Shown one piece after another: positions 60,316-64,000 of a DNA stretch of 64,000 nt; position 1 is the first letter of the stretch, and the number at the start of each line of letters is the position of its first letter. Origin of the DNA: Elusimicrobiota bacterium (lineage in GTDB: Bacteria; Elusimicrobiota; Elusimicrobia; UBA1565; JACRDR01); NCBI GenBank assembly GCA_041694815.1, contig JBGFSC010000018.1, positions 1 to 64,000 on the forward strand, read 5' to 3'. A program made the position numbers and the translations under genes. A model generated the notes under the pieces. It was not told the DNA's origin. It saw only the letters and a list, made by a program, of their open reading frames with translations, and ran no database searches.

Positions 60316-61336
60316 CCCGGGCAAGCTCCGCGAGATCCTCCAAGCCCGGCGAGAGCCTCCCTTCCGCTTCGACCAGATATTAAAGGCCGTCTATCGGGAT
60401 GGGGCCTCCTCCTACGAAGAGATCAGCACGCTGCCCGTGTCCCTGCGCCGGGCCCTGGAGCCCGAGGCTCCCATCCTGTCCCTGACGGAGAGGAGGGTAC
60501 TGGTTTCTCCGGACGGCCGCGCGCACAAGGCCGCTCTGGAACTCTCCGACTCCCTGGCGATAGAATCCGTGCTGCTCAAGACGAAACCGGGCGAGGTTTG
60601 GACCGCCTGCATCTCCAGCCAGGCCGGATGCGCCATCGGCTGCGGCTTCTGCGCCACGGGGCTCATGGGACTCAAGCGGGACTTGACCCCCGAGGAAATC
60701 GCCGATCAGGCCGTTTATTGGAGGCAGTACTTGCGCCGCAAGGGCCTGACGGGGACGCTCGGGCGCGTTGTCTACATGGGCATGGGAGAGCCCTTCCATT
60801 GCTACGAGTCGATGGCCGAGAGCATCCGGATATTGACGGATCCGGCGCGGCTGGGGCTCGCCCAGCGGCATATCTCCGTTTCGACTTCGGGCATCGCGCC
60901 GGCAATCGAGCGCTTCGCGGAGGATTTCCCGCAGGTCAACCTGGCGCTCTCGCTGCACGCCGCCGAAGACGAGCTCCGTAGCCGTCTCGTCCCGGTCAAC
61001 AAGGCTTATCCGCTGGTCAAGCTCGCCCGTAGCCTCAAGGCTTATTTCGAGCGGACCCGCCGCAAGGTGTTCTTGGAATACGTGCTGCTTCGCGGCGAGA
61101 ACGACGGGCCGGAGCGCGCGCGGCAGCTCAAGGAGTTCGTGCGTTCCGCCGGCGGCCCTAAGCTCCTGCACGTCAATCTGATCGTGTTCAATCCCACCCG
61201 CACCGCCCACGCCCCGACGAGCCCCGCGGCCGCCCGGGCCTTCTTGGCGGAGTTGCGGCGCGCCGGAGTGCACGCCACTATCCGCAAGAACCTGGGCCAG
61301 GAGATCGAGGGGGCTTGCGGGCAGCTTATCGCATGA
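60311..61336 (+). CDS. rlmN: rRNA/tRNA m2A methyltransferase RlmN (probable ATT start)
   Basis: CISSQAGCAIGCGFCATG, MGMGEP, SLHA, EYVLL, NLI.FNP, GACGQL. The frame extends upstream to ATT at 60311. Confidence 0.92.
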   Translation: MNPGKLREILQARREPPFRFDQILKAVYRDGASSYEEISTLPVSLRRALEPEAPILSLTERRVLVSPDGRAHKAALELSDSLAIESVLLKTKPGEVWTACISSQAGCAIGCGFCATGLMGLKRDLTPEEIADQAVYWRQYLRRKGLTGTLGRVVYMGMGEPFHCYESMAESIRILTDPARLGLAQRHISVSTSGIAPAIERFAEDFPQVNLALSLHAAEDELRSRLVPVNKAYPLVKLARSLKAYFERTRRKVFLEYVLLRGENDGPERARQLKEFVRSAGGPKLLHVNLIVFNPTRTAHAPTSPAAARAFLAELRRAGVHATIRKNLGQEIEGACGQLIA

Positions 61337-61836
61337 GCGAAGCGAACGAGCCCGCCAAGCCGCGCCGGCACGGGTATGAAAAGGTGCTTCGAGCGCTCGA
61401 GGGGCGCTGGAAGCGGCGCGAGATTGAGCGCGGCAAGCTCATGCAGCATATCGTCGACAGGCTGTGGGAAGAATTCGCGGGCGTATACTCTTGGTGCGGC
61501 TTCTACCTGCTCGACGCGGAGGGCGGCAAGCTCGAGCTTGGTCCCTGCCGGGACAAGGCGGCCTGCACCCCGATTGGGATGCAAGGAGTCTGCGGCAAGG
61601 CGGTCTCGGTGGCAGCCACGCAGATCGTTGGCGACGTAAAGGCGTTGGGAGAGGCGCATATCGAATGCGATCCCAAGAACCTTTCCGAGATCGCGGTTCC
61701 GGTCTTCGGCCCGGACGGCCGCCCCTTCGCCGTGCTCGACATCGATTCGTACGCGCCGGCCGCTTTCGACGATCAGGACCGTCGCTGGCTGGAACGAATC
61801 GTCCGCATGCTCGAGCAGGTGCCGGCGCCTCGATAA
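61333..61836 (+). CDS. GAF-domain protein, free Met-(R)-sulfoxide reductase-like
   Basis: WCGFYL, LGP, AC..I..GVCG, HIECD..SEIAVP, VLDIDS..FD. Confidence 0.88.
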   Translation: MSEANEPAKPRRHGYEKVLRALEGRWKRREIERGKLMQHIVDRLWEEFAGVYSWCGFYLLDAEGGKLELGPCRDKAACTPIGMQGVCGKAVSVAATQIVGDVKALGEAHIECDPKNLSEIAVPVFGPDGRPFAVLDIDSYAPAAFDDQDRRWLERIVRMLEQVPAPR

Positions 61837-61838
61837 GG

Positions 61839-61897
61839 CGGGGCCCGCCCTGTCCAGCACCCCACGCCGAGAGAGATGCTGGGCAGGACGGGCCCCG
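61839..61897. terminator. Long GC hairpin after the rlmN-GAF operon
   Basis: 21-bp arms with 19 matches, directly after the stop. Confidence 0.5.
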
Positions 61898-61985
61898 AAA
61901 CGCGCTGTTGCCGTACGCGAACGCCTAAGCCGTTGTCGAACGGTTCCAGTCTAGTTCCGGGCCGTCAACGAATTATTGCGTTCCT

Positions 61986-64000
61986 ATGAAAAGATTGTTA
62001 ACGGAACCCAAGAGGATGGCCGATCTCGGCCTGCTTTACTGCGCTTTCGTCTGGGGCTCGACCTTCATCGTGGTCAAGCAAGCGCTGGTCGGGGTGCATC
62101 CTATAAGCCTCGTGGCGCATCGATTCCTGATCTCGGCCCTACTGCTAGTCCCATGGGTCGGTCCCCGGCTCAGGACGGGGGCGACTTTGCGCGAGGGAGC
62201 CATCCTGTCGATCCCGTTGGCGCTGCTCTATTGGACCCAAACGGCCGGGCTCCGCTGGACCAGCGCGTCGAACTCCGGCTTCATTACGGGCCTTTTCGTC
62301 GTCTTCGTCCCGGTGCTGCTTTGGCTGTTCCGCGGACAGCCACCCAGCCGAGCCCAGGGCGCCGCCGTACTGTTGGCGGCGGCGGGATTATGGCTGCTCA
62401 GCGGGGGCCCGGGCCGTTTCAATCGCGGCGACGCCCTGACGCTCGTCTCCGCGATATGCTACGCGGCGCACCTGCTTTTGACCGATCGTTTCGTGAGGCG
62501 GGATTCGGATCCTATCCTTTTGGCCTTCCATCAATTCTGGATCACCGCGGCCTTGTCCTTGCTTTTGTCGGCGCTAATGGATTATCCTTTGGCCGTAGCG
62601 CCTAGTTCGGCGGCGGCCGTCGCGTTCTTGGCCGCGATCCCGACCCTTTCCGCCTTTTATATCCAGATGATCGCCCAACGCCACGCAGACCCGACGAGGA
62701 CCGCGTTGATCTTCACGCTGGAGCCCGTGTTCGCGGCCCTATTCGCCCTGGGGTGGGGCGGGGAATCGCTGGCTCTTTCGGCGGCGGCCGGCGGGGCGCT
62801 GATCCTAGCGGCAATGGTGACCGCCGAAATCGGTGCCAGGCATCCACTTTCTACACTTTCTCAACTTTCCTCTTGGACTAAGTCAATAAAGTGTAGAAAG
62901 TGGATGCCTGGCACCGGTATGGTGGCGTTGGCGTTTCTGTGCTTACCGGCCGGCCGCGCGGCGGAGCTCGTGCTGGCCCCCCAGCCGGGCGATCCGATGC
63001 AAGCGAGCGTGCATCGCCTGGAGAACGGCTTAACCGTCTACCTGAGCCCGTTCCATCAGCAGCCCCGCGTGTTCGCCGCGATTGCCGTCCGCGCGGGCGC
63101 CAAGCACGATCCCGAGGACAGCACCGGCATGGCGCATTACCTCGAGCACATGCTGTTTAAGGGCTCGCGACGCATGGGGACCTTGGACTACGAGAAGGAG
63201 TCTGCTCACCTGCGCCGAATCGAGGAGCTCTATGAGAAGCTCTTCACGGCCCGGGATCCGGAAGAGCGTCGGGCGATCTACCGAAGCATCGACGAGGAGA
63301 ATATCCGGGCCTCCGAGTACGCCGTGCCTAACGAGGTCGACAAGGTCTACCACGCGTTGGGCTTTTCGGGCGTCAACGCGTACACCACGGACGAGGGGAC
63401 GGTCTACGTTTGCAATTTCCCCGCCAATCGCGCCGAGGCGTGGGCCATGGTGGAGTCCGACCGGTTCCGTCATCCGGTATTCCGCCTTTTCCAGAGCGAG
63501 ATCGAAGCCGTCTACGAGGAAAAGAACAGGTCCCTCGACAATGCCGAGGTCGTGCTCCACGATACGGTCGAGAAGATGCTGCACAAAGGGCACCCGTACG
63601 GGGAGCGCACCGTGCTCGGTAGCATCGAGCATCTCAAAAACCCCTCGCTCGCCAAAATGCTCGCTTATTACGACGCCCATTACCGGCCATCGAATATGGC
63701 CATCATCCTGGCGGGCGATTTCGAGCGTGGGCCGATGCTCGAGCTCATTGAGAAATACTTCGGCGCCTGGCAGTCCCGTCCCGCTCCCCCGCAGCCGAGC
63801 TGGAGCCCCGACCGCCCGAAAGGAGAGGAGCGCGCCGAGATCCACTTTGAGGCGGAGGAGCGCGTCGTCATCGCCTGGCCCGCCGTCGCCAACAGCGATC
63901 CCGACCGCGACGCCCTTTCGGTAATGGACATGATCGTCGACAATGCCGAAGCCGGCCTCATCAACCTTAAGCTCAACCAGGCCCAGCGGGTCAAGGCCGC
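61986..64000 (+). CDS. Continuous ORF: EamA/DMT transporter (61986-~62830) fused in frame to an M16 zinc peptidase (~62904 onward); runs off the window
   Basis: Manual translation shows no stop from 61986 to 64000. EamA motifs: WGSTF, RF, GL..TSASNSGFI, LIFTLEPVFA. M16 motifs: LENGLTVYL, TGMAHYLEHMLFKG (HXXEH), NAYT. Confidence 0.88.
   Translation, partial: MKRLLTEPKRMADLGLLYCAFVWGSTFIVVKQALVGVHPISLVAHRFLISALLLVPWVGPRLRTGATLREGAILSIPLALLYWTQTAGLRWTSASNSGFITGLFVVFVPVLLWLFRGQPPSRAQGAAVLLAAAGLWLLSGGPGRFNRGDALTLVSAICYAAHLLLTDRFVRRDSDPILLAFHQFWITAALSLLLSALMDYPLAVAPSSAAAVAFLAAIPTLSAFYIQMIAQRHADPTRTALIFTLEPVFAALFALGWGGESLALSAAAGGALILAAMVTAEIGARHPLSTLSQLSSWTKSIKCRKWMPGTGMVALAFLCLPAGRAAELVLAPQPGDPMQASVHRLENGLTVYLSPFHQQPRVFAAIAVRAGAKHDPEDSTGMAHYLEHMLFKGSRRMGTLDYEKESAHLRRIEELYEKLFTARDPEERRAIYRSIDEENIRASEYAVPNEVDKVYHALGFSGVNAYTTDEGTVYVCNFPANRAEAWAMVESDRFRHPVFRLFQSEIEAVYEEKNRSLDNAEVVLHDTVEKMLHKGHPYGERTVLGSIEHLKNPSLAKMLAYYDAHYRPSNMAIILAGDFERGPMLELIEKYFGAWQSRPAPPQPSWSPDRPKGEERAEIHFEAEERVVIAWPAVANSDPDRDALSVMDMIVDNAEAGLINLKLNQAQRVKA
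62831..62916. repeat. 86-bp palindromic MITE/REPIN-like element with perfect 29-bp arms
   Basis: CGGTGCCAGGCATCCACTTTCTACACTTT (62831-62859) and its exact reverse complement (62888-62916). Confidence 0.92.

Noticed and set aside
61839..61985. Riboswitch or ncRNA upstream of the EamA gene
   Set aside because: Only one strong hairpin and no recognisable aptamer; an Rfam/Infernal scan would be needed.
61976..63994. Track ORFs 61976-62605, 62900-63160, 63030-63845 and 63082-63924
   Set aside because: Off-frame or antisense to the EamA-M16 ORF, which the track omits, presumably because it has no stop in the window.

Overview
A high-GC bacterial chromosome segment spanning the probable replication origin. 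The gene content suggests Elusimicrobiota, but this is inference only. From left to right: the end of a probable IS4-family element; two PAS proteins; an ABC exporter and a GlnA-family ligase; parS-parA-parB-hyp-asd; orphan exported proteins; a RelE-type toxin-antitoxin pair; the leftward dnaA-dnaN-dciA-gyrB-gyrA-hyp-serS cluster with DnaA boxes on both sides of dnaA; the rightward hpf-hprK-rapZ-mannose-class PTS cluster (with an embedded GH57), then ptsH-ptsI-lepA-lepB-nfeD-SIS; a TPR-Ser/Thr kinase, a double ATP-grasp protein and twin receivers; a tandem-PC4 protein; a CNNM-EIIA fusion with twin REC-GGDEF proteins; hemE-hemH-hemY; an exported metalloprotease; rlmN and an msrC-like gene; and a final ORF missing from the supplied track. 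No rRNA, tRNA or CRISPR array was seen. Main findings: (1) tandem DosR-like palindromes (RGGNC-N4-GNCCY) 21-25 bp upstream of a -10 box at five unrelated exported-protein genes, a candidate undescribed regulon; (2) an 86-bp element with perfect 29-bp arms that joins an EamA transporter in frame to an M16 peptidase; (3) recurrent leaderless-gene architecture and two probable non-canonical starts (ATT for rlmN, ATC for a TMTC-like gene); (4) an exported FtsH-type protease domain lacking HEXXH; (5) an unannotated 38-aa CxxC-CxxC protein inside the hem operon.
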